Positions 35,514 through 45,236 of a DNA stretch of 64,000 bases are shown one piece after another. Where the stretch lies: the NCBI GenBank assembly GCA_026710865.1, contig JAPOQG010000255.1, positions 484 to 64,483 of the forward strand. The letters run 5' to 3'. Source of the stretch: Acidimicrobiaceae bacterium (GTDB lineage Bacteria > Actinomycetota > Acidimicrobiia > Acidimicrobiales > Aldehydirespiratoraceae). Position 1 is the stretch's first letter; each line of letters starts with the position of its first letter. Made by a program: the position numbers and the translations under genes. The notes under the pieces were generated by a model. It made no database searches and was not told where the DNA came from. It saw nothing but the letters and a program-made list of their open reading frames with translations.

Positions 35514-36590
35514 GTGAGCGAATCGAACCCGCCGCGCCTTCAGGTGAACAATGTCACCCAGCGCTTCGGCGACGTTGTGGCCCTGGACGATGTCTCGCTC
35601 TCCGTCAACGACGGCGAACTCGTGAGCCTCCTGGGTCCATCCGGGTGCGGCAAGACCACCCTGCTTCGCATCATCGGCGGGCTGGCCGCACCCGTGGAGG
35701 GCCAGGTCCTGCTCAGCGGCGAGGACGTGACCCACGTGCCCGCCCACAAGCGGCCCACCCATCTCGTGTTCCAACGGCCGACGATGTTCCCCCACCTGAA
35801 CGTGTTCGACAACATCGCGTTCGGGCTCCGCATCTCGAGAGTCCCGAAGGCCGAGCTCCGGTCGCGGGTCGAGGAAGCGCTCTCGCTGGTTCGCCTCCCG
35901 GGCTACGAGTCCCGCCGGAGCCACGAGCTCTCGGGCGGGCAGATGCAGCGGATCGCGCTGGCCCGAGCCCTGGCCAACAAGCCGCAGGTGCTGCTGCTCG
36001 ACGAGCCCTTCTCGGCGCTCGATCTCAAGGTCCGCCTCGCGATGGAGGGCGAGCTCAGGCGCCTGCACCGCGAGACGGGAACCACGATCATCTTCGTCAC
36101 CCACGACCAGCGCGAGGCCCTGGCACTGTCGGACCGCATCGCCCTGTTCAACCAAGGCCGCATCGAGCAGTTCGCCCCGCCCTGGGACATCTACCAGGAG
36201 CCGTGCTCCGAGTTCGCCGCCGGCTTCGTCGGCGACGCCAACACGCTCACCGCGGCGGTGTCGGGGCCGGGCGGCGCGACGATCGGCGGACAGCCCGTGT
36301 CACTGCCGGGAGATCCGCACGCCGGCACCTACACGGTGGTCCTGCGGCCGGAGCTGGTCACCCTCCAGCCGCAGTCCGAGCCGGGTCCCGGGCTGGCCGG
36401 CGTCATCGGCGACCTGGCCTATCGCGGCAGCGTCGTCAGCTACGAGATCGACATCGAAGGTCTGGACCGTCCGCTGCGGGCCGAGCTGGCCGCGGCGCTG
36501 GCCGCCGACATGAACGTCGGCGATGCAGTGAGGGCGACATGGCGGGGGGCCGACTGCCTCGTCCTCGACGCGGACGACGGCGCCTCCTAG
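35514..36590 (+). CDS. ABC transporter ATP-binding protein (PotA-like)
   Basis: [36 protein letters not shown]-terminal TOBE-like region. Confidence 0.9.
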   Translation: MSESNPPRLQVNNVTQRFGDVVALDDVSLSVNDGELVSLLGPSGCGKTTLLRIIGGLAAPVEGQVLLSGEDVTHVPAHKRPTHLVFQRPTMFPHLNVFDNIAFGLRISRVPKAELRSRVEEALSLVRLPGYESRRSHELSGGQMQRIALARALANKPQVLLLDEPFSALDLKVRLAMEGELRRLHRETGTTIIFVTHDQREALALSDRIALFNQGRIEQFAPPWDIYQEPCSEFAAGFVGDANTLTAAVSGPGGATIGGQPVSLPGDPHAGTYTVVLRPELVTLQPQSEPGPGLAGVIGDLAYRGSVVSYEIDIEGLDRPLRAELAAALAADMNVGDAVRATWRGADCLVLDADDGAS

Positions 36591-36988
36591 GCGGCGGGCC
36601 AGCCGCTCACCGCCTTGACCTCGAGGAACTCCTCGATCCCCCAGGCCCCGCCCTCTCGCCCGTTGCCCGACTGGCGGTAGCCCCCGAACGGGGCGGCGCT
36701 GCTCTGCACCGAGCCGTTGATCTCCACCATGCCGGACCGCAGCGTTCTCGCGACGCGGCGGGCGCGGCCGGGGTCGGAGGTCTGGACGCAGTTGCCGAGC
36801 CCGTAGACGGTGTCGTTGGCGATGCGGACGGCCTCGATCTCGGAGTCGAACGGCATCATCGCGAGAACCGGCCCGAAGACCTCCTCGCGGGCGATCGTCA
36901 TGGCCGGGGTGACGTCGGCGAACACCGTCGGTCTATGGTCGGCTCCCCTCGGGGGCGGGATGTCGTTCGGTCGAGCCGCCCCGCCGGC
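36587..36988 (-). pseudogene. Aldehyde dehydrogenase, C-terminal ~130 codons only
   Basis: ..[47 protein letters not shown]...[14 protein letters not shown]. The frame opens directly at the TGA of the dioxygenase gene (36989-36991). The N-terminal ~370 aa are absent. Confidence 0.7.
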
Positions 36989-37855
36989 TCACGGCTTGGT
37001 GGAGTGGCCGAAGATGTCGTCGGGGTAGTACTCGGTCTGGTGGGTTGCCGGCCGTCCCCCGAATCCGTACTCGAACTGCCAGCCGGACGGGCTCTCGAAG
37101 TAGAACGAGAACATGTGGTCGTTGGCGTGCTTGCCGGGGTGGTAGACGACGGGCACGCCGGCTGACCGGACCAGCCCGTAGGTGTGGCCGACGTCGTCGA
37201 GGTTGTCGACCTCGACCATGATGTGGACGATGCCGGGAACGTTGCCCATCCCGAACGCGATGTTGTGGTCGCGTTGGTTGCAGTGCATGAACGTCGGCGT
37301 GTCGTTGGGGTCGTCCGACTGGGGCGGGTACTCGGCGCCGCCGCGCATGCCGAGGAGGCGGTAGAACCGGTACGCGGCCTCCGTCGAGGGCTGGCCGAGG
37401 ACGAGGTGGCCGAGCCCTCCCGATCCCGTGACGAAGCGGCCGTGCATCGGGCGGCCCGGATGGAACGGTCGCCGGTAGTCCACCTCGGGGCCGTGGAACA
37501 GCTCGATGGCCACTCCCGAGGGGTCCGTCGTCCGGCACAGTTGCAGCACGCGGCGTTCGGCGGCCTCGGCGGACGTGCACTCGACGACCTCGACCCCGGC
37601 GCCGCGCAGCCGTTCCACGAGGCCATCGAGCTCGTCGGGCCCCGCGACGCGGAGCCCGGCGTAGGCGATGTCGTCGCGGTCCCCGGCGTGCAGCCTGAGC
37701 CGGCGATACCAGTAGTCCATGCGAAGATCGACGGTCTCGGCGTCGTGTTCGACGACCTCGAAGCCGACGATCCCGGCCGCGTAGTCCTTCCACGCGGCAA
37801 GGTCGGCGACCTCGATCCCGATGTAGCCGAGCTCGGTCACGCCGTGGTCGGTCAT
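36989..37855 (-). CDS. Type I extradiol ring-cleavage dioxygenase (BphC/HsaC-like)
   Basis: In-frame part of ORF 36989..38311. ATG 37855 after GAGGAGG. GLGHLVL, MHCNQRDHNIAF, VHIMVEV metal-ligand regions. Confidence 0.85.
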   Translation of the reverse strand: MTDHGVTELGYIGIEVADLAAWKDYAAGIVGFEVVEHDAETVDLRMDYWYRRLRLHAGDRDDIAYAGLRVAGPDELDGLVERLRGAGVEVVECTSAEAAERRVLQLCRTTDPSGVAIELFHGPEVDYRRPFHPGRPMHGRFVTGSGGLGHLVLGQPSTEAAYRFYRLLGMRGGAEYPPQSDDPNDTPTFMHCNQRDHNIAFGMGNVPGIVHIMVEVDNLDDVGHTYGLVRSAGVPVVYHPGKHANDHMFSFYFESPSGWQFEYGFGGRPATHQTEYYPDDIFGHSTKP

Positions 37856-38253
37856 TCCGCCTCCTCGACATAGGCGAGCACATCGCACACGACTGCGATG
37901 CCGTCGCCCCCGTCGGGCACAGGTATGCAGTGCCGGGACGGTCGCGACCGCGGGTCGGGGAAGTGCTCGAGCCAGATCGGGTTCAACTCGGCGACCGTCG
38001 ACGGGACGTCGTGGGTGAAGAACGTCATCTTGGCGACGTCGTCCCACGAGGCGCCCGCGGCGGCGAGGATCCCTCCGACGTGGATGAAGAGGTTGGCGAC
38101 CTGATCGGCCACAGACTCCGGGACGTCGCGGGTTCCCGGTTGGAACGGCGACACCACGCTGCTGGCCACGAGAGGACCGATCCGGGTGGCGGTGGCGATC
38201 GGCGCGAGATGGCTGAGCGTGGCTATGTCGAGCGAGGAACGGCGCGCGGTCAC
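37852..38253 (-). CDS. RidA/YjgF family protein
   Basis: GTG 38253 overlaps the upstream stop (GTGA), stop overlaps the dioxygenase ATG (ATGA). ..IGPLVASSVVSP...QVANLFIHVGGILAAAGASWDDVAKMTFF.. Confidence 0.7.
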   Translation of the reverse strand: MTARRSSLDIATLSHLAPIATATRIGPLVASSVVSPFQPGTRDVPESVADQVANLFIHVGGILAAAGASWDDVAKMTFFTHDVPSTVAELNPIWLEHFPDPRSRPSRHCIPVPDGGDGIAVVCDVLAYVEEAE

Positions 38254-38981
38254 GGCCGGCCGCCGTCGCGCCGGTCGAGCCAGGCCTCGTACTCGTCGCG
38301 CTGGGGCGCATCGAGAGGGAAGTAGCCGACGGTGGAGGCCCCGCCGGAGACCTTCTCCAGCGCGAACTCCTCCTCGGTCTCCGCCGCGAGGGCCGACTCG
38401 GCGACCTCGCGGACGATGGCCGCGGGAACGACCAGGGCGCCCTCGCCGTCGCCGACGATCACGTCGCCGGGAAACACCGCCGCCCCCGCGCAGCTGACCG
38501 GGATCTGGGAGTCGCACGGGAAGTGGCGCCGTCCGTATGTGGAGGCGTGGGACGACTGGTGGTACACCGCGATGCCCAGGCCCTTGATGGCGGGTGTGTC
38601 GCGCAGGGCGCCGTCGGTGACGATTCCGGCTGCGCCGAGGGCTCGGGCCCGCGAGGCGTAGATGTCGCCTATCGTCCCGGCATGGGGCTCGTAGCGTGCG
38701 TCGATCACGAGCACCTCGCCCGGCTGGAGGCTCTCGACGGTCTCTCGTTGAACGTCGGCGCCGAGCACCGAGGCCATGTCGGGCCGGTGCGGGAGGTAGC
38801 GCAGCGTCCGGGCGACGCCGATCATCCGCTGGGCGTCGTTCAGCGGTCGCAGGCCGCCGAAGAACGAGTTCTGGTAGCCGCGGCTCTGCAGCTCGCCCGA
38901 CAGCGACGCCGTCGAGAGCGCCTCGAGCATCCGCCGGGTCGCAGCGTCGAGACGGGTCTCCGGTAGGTGTCCGGCAGTCAC
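38250..38981 (-). CDS. RraA-family protein / 4-hydroxy-4-methyl-2-oxoglutarate aldolase-like
   Basis: GEVLVIDA..GDIYASRARALGAAGIVTDGALRD and GDVIVGDGEGALVVP motifs. Confidence 0.75.
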   Translation of the reverse strand: MTAGHLPETRLDAATRRMLEALSTASLSGELQSRGYQNSFFGGLRPLNDAQRMIGVARTLRYLPHRPDMASVLGADVQRETVESLQPGEVLVIDARYEPHAGTIGDIYASRARALGAAGIVTDGALRDTPAIKGLGIAVYHQSSHASTYGRRHFPCDSQIPVSCAGAAVFPGDVIVGDGEGALVVPAAIVREVAESALAAETEEEFALEKVSGGASTVGYFPLDAPQRDEYEAWLDRRDGGRP

Positions 38982-39024
38982 GTAATGGCCTCCTCGCGAT
39001 CGGGTTCCTCGTTCGGGCGGGCCG

Positions 39025-40509
39025 TCACAGTCCCGCCTCGTCGAATCGGCCGACGGGAAAGGAGACGAAGCGGGTCTCGGAGAAGAAGGCGCGGCTGTGG
39101 TTGGCGCCCTCCCGGCCCTCGCCGCTTCCCTTCACCCCGCCGAAGGGCTGGCGCAGGTCCCGCGCGAAGCCGGAGTTGATCCAGATCATCCCGGCTTCGA
39201 GTTGGAGCGCCACCGAGTGGGCGGTGGACTGCGAGCCGGTCCAGATGTAGCCGGCGAGGCCGTAGCTGCTGTCGTTGGCGATGGCCAGGGCGTCGGCCGC
39301 GTCGGCGAACGGCAGGATCACCGCGACAGGCCCGAAGATCTCCTCCTGGCAGACCCGGGCCCCCGGATCGATGTCGATGATCGCGGTCGGGTCGATGAAG
39401 AGGCCGTCGTCTCGCGGGGCGACGCCCCCGAAGAGGATGGTGCCCTCTGTGCCGGCGAGCTCGATGTAGGCCTTCACTCGCTCGTACTGTGCCTCGGAGA
39501 CGACGGGTCCGATGACCGTGTCCGGGTCGAAGGGGTCGCCGACCCGCCAGCGCTCGGCGCAGGCCTCGAATCGAGCGAGGAACTCGTGGTAGATCGACTG
39601 CTGGACGAGGATGCGGGAGCCGGCGACGCAGGACTGTCCGGTGTTGCTGAAGATCGCGGCCGCAGCCTCGCGCACGGCCTCGTCGAGCGGAGCGTCGTCG
39701 AAGATGATGGTGGCGGACTTCCCGCCCAGTTCGAGCGAGACGCGCTTGGAGGTTCCCGCGGTCCGCCGGGAGATGTCCTGGGCCGCTCGCGGCGAGCCGG
39801 TGAAGGAGACCCCGGCGATGCCGGGATGCTCGACGAGCGCCGCGCCGGCCTCGGGGCCGAAGCCGTGGACGGCGTTGTAGACGCCGGGCGGGACCCCGGC
39901 GCCGTCGAGGATCTCGGCGAGCATGGCGATCGACAGGGGGGCGAGTTCGGAGGGCTTGTGGACCGCGCTGTTGCCGTAGGCGATGCAGGGCGCGATCTTC
40001 CACGTTGAGAGCATCACCGGCCCGTTCCACGGTGTGATGAGGCCGAACACCCCGGCCGGGTGGGTCAGGGTGTAGGTGATGAGGCGGTCGTCGAGGTTGT
40101 AGGACTGGTTGGCGGCGAGTTCCTGTTCCTCTGCGAAGAACCGGAAGTTCCACGCCGATCGGGCCACCATCGCCTCCGCGGCCTCTCCGATCGGCTCGCC
40201 CATCTCGAGGGCCTGGATCGCGGCGAGGTCCGCGGCGCGCTTCTCTATGGCGTCGGCCACTCGGAACAGCGCCGACCGGCGCTGGGAGGCGGGGGCTCTG
40301 GCCCAGTCGCCGGCTTCGAAGGCTGTGGTCGCGGCGGCGACCGCGGCCGCCACGTCCTTGTCGCGGCCCCGGGCCGCGATCCCCGCCGGTTGCCGGTTCG
40401 ACGGGTTGGTGACCGTGAAGGTCGCCCCGTCGTGGGAGTCGGTGAAGCGGCCGCCGATGTAGTGGCGGGCCGTGCGCGCGGCGCCACCGCCGCCGGTGGA
40501 CGGGGTCAC
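39025..40509 (-). CDS. NAD(P)-dependent aldehyde dehydrogenase (hydroxymuconic-semialdehyde dehydrogenase-like)
   Basis: FTGSPRAAQDI, LELGGKSA, QSCVAGSR catalytic Cys, EEIFGPV. 494 aa. Confidence 0.9.
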   Translation of the reverse strand: MTPSTGGGGAARTARHYIGGRFTDSHDGATFTVTNPSNRQPAGIAARGRDKDVAAAVAAATTAFEAGDWARAPASQRRSALFRVADAIEKRAADLAAIQALEMGEPIGEAAEAMVARSAWNFRFFAEEQELAANQSYNLDDRLITYTLTHPAGVFGLITPWNGPVMLSTWKIAPCIAYGNSAVHKPSELAPLSIAMLAEILDGAGVPPGVYNAVHGFGPEAGAALVEHPGIAGVSFTGSPRAAQDISRRTAGTSKRVSLELGGKSATIIFDDAPLDEAVREAAAAIFSNTGQSCVAGSRILVQQSIYHEFLARFEACAERWRVGDPFDPDTVIGPVVSEAQYERVKAYIELAGTEGTILFGGVAPRDDGLFIDPTAIIDIDPGARVCQEEIFGPVAVILPFADAADALAIANDSSYGLAGYIWTGSQSTAHSVALQLEAGMIWINSGFARDLRQPFGGVKGSGEGREGANHSRAFFSETRFVSFPVGRFDEAGL

Positions 40510-41279
40510 TGTGATCCCCGGCGGTCGAGGGCGGAGCGGGCGTCGCGCAGGTCGTCGTTGATGCCGTTGACGATGTGGTCCCAGTCGGTCGAGACCGAGA
40601 TCATCCGGAAGCCCTGGTCGATGCGCTGCCTCAAGAGTTCGGCCGAGCCGTAGATGCCGGCGGCGATGCCGCAGCCGCGGCAGGCGTCGACCACCCGACC
40701 GAGCGCCGACTGGAAGTCGGAGGCCGGGTCATCGAGCGCCGGTGGCCGGCCGAGCGAGGCGCCGAGGTCGCTCGGGCCGACGAACAGCCCGTCGATCCCC
40801 TCGGTGCGAGCTATGTCGAAGACCCGATCGACGGCGGTGGCCGTCTCGATCATGGGGATCACCAGGATCGTGTCGTTGGCCTCGTAGAAGTAGTCGTCGC
40901 CGTGGTGGACGGTGGCGGCGATGGCCCCCATGCTGCGCTCGCCGGCCGGCGGGTACCGGCAGGCCTGCACGGCGGCCGCAGCTTCCTCGGCTGTGTTGAC
41001 CATGGGGATGATGACGCCGAGGGCGCCGGCGTCGAGGAGCGCGCCGAGGGCGGCCGGATCGGCTGAGGGCGCTCGGGCGATCGGCGTCGCCCCGCCCATC
41101 ACGACGGCGTCGATCATGCGGGTGGCGGCGGCGAAGTCGCCCGCGCCGTGCTGGTGGTCGACGCAGACGAAGTCATAGCCGCTCTGCGACGCCAGCTGGG
41201 CTGCCAGCGGCTCGCGGAAGAACGTCCAGTAGCCGATGGCCGTGGCGCCGCCGGCGAGGCCGGCTCGGGTCACGGTCAC
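40506..41279 (-). CDS. HpcH/HpaI-family 2-keto-3-deoxy acid aldolase
   Basis: In-frame part of ORF 40506..42014. GTG 41279 (or 41273) overlapping the upstream stop. VCVDHQHG, IIPMVNTAEEA, RYPPAGERS, FVGPSDL. Confidence 0.8.
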   Translation of the reverse strand: MTVTRAGLAGGATAIGYWTFFREPLAAQLASQSGYDFVCVDHQHGAGDFAAATRMIDAVVMGGATPIARAPSADPAALGALLDAGALGVIIPMVNTAEEAAAAVQACRYPPAGERSMGAIAATVHHGDDYFYEANDTILVIPMIETATAVDRVFDIARTEGIDGLFVGPSDLGASLGRPPALDDPASDFQSALGRVVDACRGCGIAAGIYGSAELLRQRIDQGFRMISVSTDWDHIVNGINDDLRDARSALDRRGSQ

Positions 41280-42082
41280 GCCGGCGGTCCCTCGATCCGG
41301 AGCTCGATGTCGGCCATGGGCGCCAGCCTGGCGAGAACGTGGTCGCCGGGCCCGACCTCGACCGCCGCGATGAACGAGCCGGACAGGACGGTGTGACCGG
41401 CCTCCATCGAGACGTCGAACTGGGCCAGCTTGCGGGCGAGCCAGGCGACCGCGTTGATGGGGTTCCCCATGACGGCGGCGCCCGTGCCCGACTCCACCAG
41501 CTCGTCGTTCAGGTAGAGCTCGCCCTTCACCGCCTTGAGATCGAGCGCGGCCAGCGGCAGGGGCCGCCCGCCGAGAGCGACGAGGCCGCAGGAGGCGGCG
41601 TCGGCGATGCTGTCGATGACGCCGCCGCTCGGGCCGTCGCGGCTGTAGCGGCTGTCGACGATCTCGATCGCCGGCATGACGAACTCTGTCGCCAGCACCA
41701 CGTCGGCCGCGTTGACGTCGGGTCCCCCGAGCCGAGAGGAGAGGACGAACGCGATCTCGATCTCGACCCACGGCCGGTTGAGGCGGCTGAGCGGGATCTC
41801 GCTGCCCTCGTCGATGAACCACGTGTCGAACAGCGTGCCGTAGTCGGGCTCGCTCGCACCGAACCGGTCGCGCATCGGTGCCGACGTGTAGCCGACCTTG
41901 TGACCCTTGACCATGTGGCCGCGAGCCACCTTCTGCTGCGTGACGAGCTGGGAGATCGCGTAGGCGTCGGCGTCGGTCATGCCGGGATGCGTCGCCGTGA
42001 GCGGATCGATCCACTGGCGCTGCTGCTCTGCGGAGACCAGAGCGGCCGCCGCCTCCTGCCGCTGCTGGTGGCTGAGGGTCAT
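41276..42082 (-). CDS. 2-keto-4-pentenoate / 2-oxohept-3-enedioate hydratase (MhpD/HpcG family)
   Basis: GHKVGYTSAPMRDRFGASEPDYGTLFD, EIEIAFVL, GHTVLSGSF. Confidence 0.8.
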   Translation of the reverse strand: MTLSHQQRQEAAAALVSAEQQRQWIDPLTATHPGMTDADAYAISQLVTQQKVARGHMVKGHKVGYTSAPMRDRFGASEPDYGTLFDTWFIDEGSEIPLSRLNRPWVEIEIAFVLSSRLGGPDVNAADVVLATEFVMPAIEIVDSRYSRDGPSGGVIDSIADAASCGLVALGGRPLPLAALDLKAVKGELYLNDELVESGTGAAVMGNPINAVAWLARKLAQFDVSMEAGHTVLSGSFIAAVEVGPGDHVLARLAPMADIELRIEGPPA

Positions 42083-42116
42083 CGGGAGCCGGTCACGCGC
42101 TCGGCGGGGCGACCCG

Positions 42117-43403
42117 TCATTGCCCGTTGGGGTGGGGCCACGAGCCGTCGTCGTGGGTCATGAGGGCCAGCCACCGCTCGTAGAAGCCTCTGAGCGACAT
42201 CTCGCTGATCGGCGCCGCGAGCTTGCCGGGCAGTTCGGGGTCGGTCTCGGTCGCCCGGTTCAACCCCATCTGGATGTTGAACGGCTGTTTGCGGAGCTGG
42301 GGCGATTGCAGGTTCCGTTGGAGGGTGCTCCAGATCGACACGTCGTCCTGCTCGAAGATCCCGCTGGGTCCGAAGGTGACGGCTGCCATCCGCCTCAGGT
42401 CTTCTTTGACTTCCGGTGGCGCCGATGCGTTCACGTAGGCCCAGGACCAGACCTCCATCTCTGCGGGCCCCTTCGGATGCCAGACCCGTATCGTCGGAAC
42501 GTCGGCTGAGAGGAACGAGAAGTTGGGGAAGACGGTGGCGTGGCTCTCCATCCGGCGGCGGACGTCGCCGATCCGTTCGGACGTCTCGGCACTGGTGTGC
42601 TCGAAGTACTCCTTGACGCTGGAAGGGAGGATGCCGTCGTCGAGCCCGGCCGTCTGGGCGAGGAACCAGCCGGTGCCGTGCCCGTAGGGGCTCGAGAACT
42701 GGCCGCCGTCGAGGTGGGCGGCGGTGTGTGCATAGTCGGAGGACACGTTCATGACGGCGTAGGGCGAGATGTGGGTTGTGAAGAGGTGGTAGTTGTCGCT
42801 GGCGAACTGGTCGGCTCCGAGCTTCCAGTTGGCCTGGATGCGCCACTTCTGGGTGCCGCCGAGGAGTTCGGCGCCTCCTTCGACCCGATCGAAGGCCGCG
42901 TCGAGGTAGAACTTCATGTCGCCGAGGTACTGGTCCAGGCTGGGGGCGGCCGGGTCGAACGTGGCGAAGACCAGGCCGCGGTAGCTGTCGAGCTGGGCGA
43001 CCGGCCGGAGGCTCCACTCGGCCTTGTCGATGGCGCCGTTGTAGACGTACTCCTCCGTCATGGCCGTCAGGGTGCCGGCGGTGTTGTACGACCAGCCGTG
43101 ATAGGGGCAGGTGAAGGCCCGGGCGGTTCCGAAGTCCTCGCAGGTCACTCGCATGCCGCGGTGCCGGCAGGCGTTGAGGAAGCAGGCCAGGGATCCGTCG
43201 CGTTGACGTACCAGGACGACTGGATCGGCGCCCATGTAGGCCGTCACGAAGTCGCCCGGGGCGGGCAGTTGGCACTCGTGCGCGACGAACAGCCAGGAGC
43301 GGCCGAAGATCTTCTCGAGCTCGGCCTCGTAGATGTCCTCGTCGCTGTACACCGCGGGGTAGAGAAGGCCTGCTTCGACGTCGACGAGCGTGGTCGGGTC
43401 CAC
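42117..43403 (-). CDS. Rieske non-heme iron aromatic ring-hydroxylating oxygenase, alpha subunit
   Basis: Rieske CRHRGMRV...CPYHGW. Catalytic-domain His/Asp region (NYHLFTTH). 428 aa. Confidence 0.85.
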   Translation of the reverse strand: MDPTTLVDVEAGLLYPAVYSDEDIYEAELEKIFGRSWLFVAHECQLPAPGDFVTAYMGADPVVLVRQRDGSLACFLNACRHRGMRVTCEDFGTARAFTCPYHGWSYNTAGTLTAMTEEYVYNGAIDKAEWSLRPVAQLDSYRGLVFATFDPAAPSLDQYLGDMKFYLDAAFDRVEGGAELLGGTQKWRIQANWKLGADQFASDNYHLFTTHISPYAVMNVSSDYAHTAAHLDGGQFSSPYGHGTGWFLAQTAGLDDGILPSSVKEYFEHTSAETSERIGDVRRRMESHATVFPNFSFLSADVPTIRVWHPKGPAEMEVWSWAYVNASAPPEVKEDLRRMAAVTFGPSGIFEQDDVSIWSTLQRNLQSPQLRKQPFNIQMGLNRATETDPELPGKLAAPISEMSLRGFYERWLALMTHDDGSWPHPNGQ

Positions 43404-43532
43404 GAGTCACCTCCTGCAGCGATATGCCTCTGCAATCTGACCGGCTCTCGGGGCGCACGCAAAGGATCCGGTCCGCTGGCTGAAACACCGCGGCGAAGGA
43501 AGAGGACTCGGGCTCGCGCCGGCTTGCCGCAA

Positions 43533-43550
43533 GGTGCCCTTGCGGGCACC
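43533..43550 (-). terminator. Perfect 7-bp GC hairpin 14 nt downstream of the BKACE gene stop
   Basis: ggtgccc-ttgc-gggcacc. No U tract, as is common in high-GC actinobacteria. Confidence 0.4.
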
Positions 43551-43563
43551 GGAATGCCCTCGC

Positions 43564-44454
43564 TCAGGCCACCTTTGTGAGATCGAGCATCGACCGGACA
43601 TCGGCCGGACCGAGCACGGCCATGTTCATCGCTTCCAGGATGCCGACGGCTCGGGCCACGAGGTCGGCGTTGGTGGCGAGTTGCCCGCGTCTGAGATAGA
43701 GGTTGTCCTCGAGGCCGACGCGGACGTTTCCTCCCGTCAACACGGCTGCAGCGACGTAGGGCAGCTGGTCCCGTCCGATCGAGAAGGCCGAGAACGTCCA
43801 GTCGTCGGGAAGGTTGTTGACGAACGCGAGCAGGGTGTTGAGATCGTTGGGTGCTCCCCAAGGTATGCCCATGCAGAGCTGGACCATGACGGGATCGTCG
43901 AGCAGGCCCTGGGCGTACAACCACTTCGCGAACGTCAGGTGGCCGGTGTCGAAGAGCTCGAGCTCGGGCCGCACTCCCAGATCCTTCACCTGCCTGGCCA
44001 TCTCGACGAGGATGGACGGCGTGTTGGTCATGATGTAGTCGGACTCGCCGAAGTTCATCGTGCCGCAGTCGAGGGTGCAGATCTCGGGCATCAGCTGCCG
44101 GACGTGCTCGAGTCGTTCGGTGGCGCCGGCCATGTCCGTGCCGTCCTCATTGAACGGCAGGGGCTGGTCCGGGGGGCCGAGCGTGAGGTCGCCGCCCATG
44201 CCGGCCGTCAGGTTGATGACGACGTCGACGTCCGACTGCCGGACTCGTTCGACGACCTCGCGGTAGTAGTCGACTTCGCGTGAGGGGTCGCCGGTGATCG
44301 GATCCCGTACGTGGATGTGAACCACCGCGGCGCCGGCACTTGCTGCGTCGATGCAGTCTCGGGCGATGTCGCGGGGGGCGTACGGCACCAGGTCCGACTT
44401 CTTGACGGTGTCGCCGTTCCCGGTCACGGCACAGGTGATGAACGCGCTCGTCAC
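43564..44454 (-). CDS. Beta-keto acid cleavage enzyme (BKACE/DUF849, Kce-like)
   Basis: FITCAVTGNG, VVHIHVRDP, INLTAGMGG, GNVRVGLEDNLY motifs characteristic of DUF849. Confidence 0.85.
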   Translation of the reverse strand: MTSAFITCAVTGNGDTVKKSDLVPYAPRDIARDCIDAASAGAAVVHIHVRDPITGDPSREVDYYREVVERVRQSDVDVVINLTAGMGGDLTLGPPDQPLPFNEDGTDMAGATERLEHVRQLMPEICTLDCGTMNFGESDYIMTNTPSILVEMARQVKDLGVRPELELFDTGHLTFAKWLYAQGLLDDPVMVQLCMGIPWGAPNDLNTLLAFVNNLPDDWTFSAFSIGRDQLPYVAAAVLTGGNVRVGLEDNLYLRRGQLATNADLVARAVGILEAMNMAVLGPADVRSMLDLTKVA

Positions 44455-45113
44455 GGGTCTTGTCCTCCCTGATCCTCGGGGTTGGGGTTGTCGCGGTCAT
44501 GGGACGGCCCGTGGGCCGGCGGGCGCTGCCGGTCGAGGAGCAGGTCGAGCGCGAGGGCGAGCTGGGAGCGCTGCCGTGCCGGGGGCCAAGCCTCGGGGTC
44601 GAACGTTGCGTCCAGTCCGATGCCGTTGAGCGACTGGAGCAGTTGGACGGCCAGGTCGTGGGCAGGAGTCGCGAGGTCCAGACCCTCGTTGGCGATGACC
44701 TGGTCCAGGCATTGGGCGATGTAGTCCGTCCACCCCTGCTGCAGGCGCCGGTTGTGGTTCGCCAGGAGCTCGTCGACGGTGGAGTGAACCCAGAACCACA
44801 TCCAGACCCGCCACTCCGCGGCGCGATCCCCGGTCGTCGGAATGGCGACATCGAGCGTTTCGAGCAGCTCGGACCGGTTCGTCGGCGACGTTGACTTCGC
44901 GGCTTGGAGGGTGGCGTCGGCGAAGGCCTGGAGCGCTGCGGTGAGCAGCGCCTCCTTGCCGTCGAAGTAGTGGGCGAGGGCGCCCGTGGTGCAGCCGGCC
45001 TCGGCTGCGATCTCTCGCAGCGTGACGCCGGCCAGTCCCAGCGTGGCGATCGAGCGCCCGGCAGCGCGGGCGAGTTCGGCTCGGCGGGCATCGTGGTCAA
45101 CAAGCTTCGGCAT
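44451..45113 (-). CDS. TetR-family transcriptional regulator
   Basis: N-terminal HTH LREIAAEAGCTTGALAHYF. 220 aa. Confidence 0.85.
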   Translation of the reverse strand: MPKLVDHDARRAELARAAGRSIATLGLAGVTLREIAAEAGCTTGALAHYFDGKEALLTAALQAFADATLQAAKSTSPTNRSELLETLDVAIPTTGDRAAEWRVWMWFWVHSTVDELLANHNRRLQQGWTDYIAQCLDQVIANEGLDLATPAHDLAVQLLQSLNGIGLDATFDPEAWPPARQRSQLALALDLLLDRQRPPAHGPSHDRDNPNPEDQGGQDP

Positions 45114-45236
45114 CGGTCGGGCGCAGTCTCGTTCGGGGTCTTCGGAAGTCTACTTGACACGGGTAATGTCACACAGATAACATAACTGCTGTAACATTAT
45201 AGCGGTGATGTCACCGCTCCGGCGGGGGAGGATGCC
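45114..45236. promoter_or_regulatory. AT-rich divergent control region between the tetR-like and iclR-like genes
   Basis: Plus-strand TTGACA (45154-45159), 18 nt, TAACAT (45178-45183). Minus-strand TATAAT (complement of 45196-45201). Direct repeat atgtcac at 45166-45172 and 45208-45214. GC far below the flanks. Confidence 0.35.
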
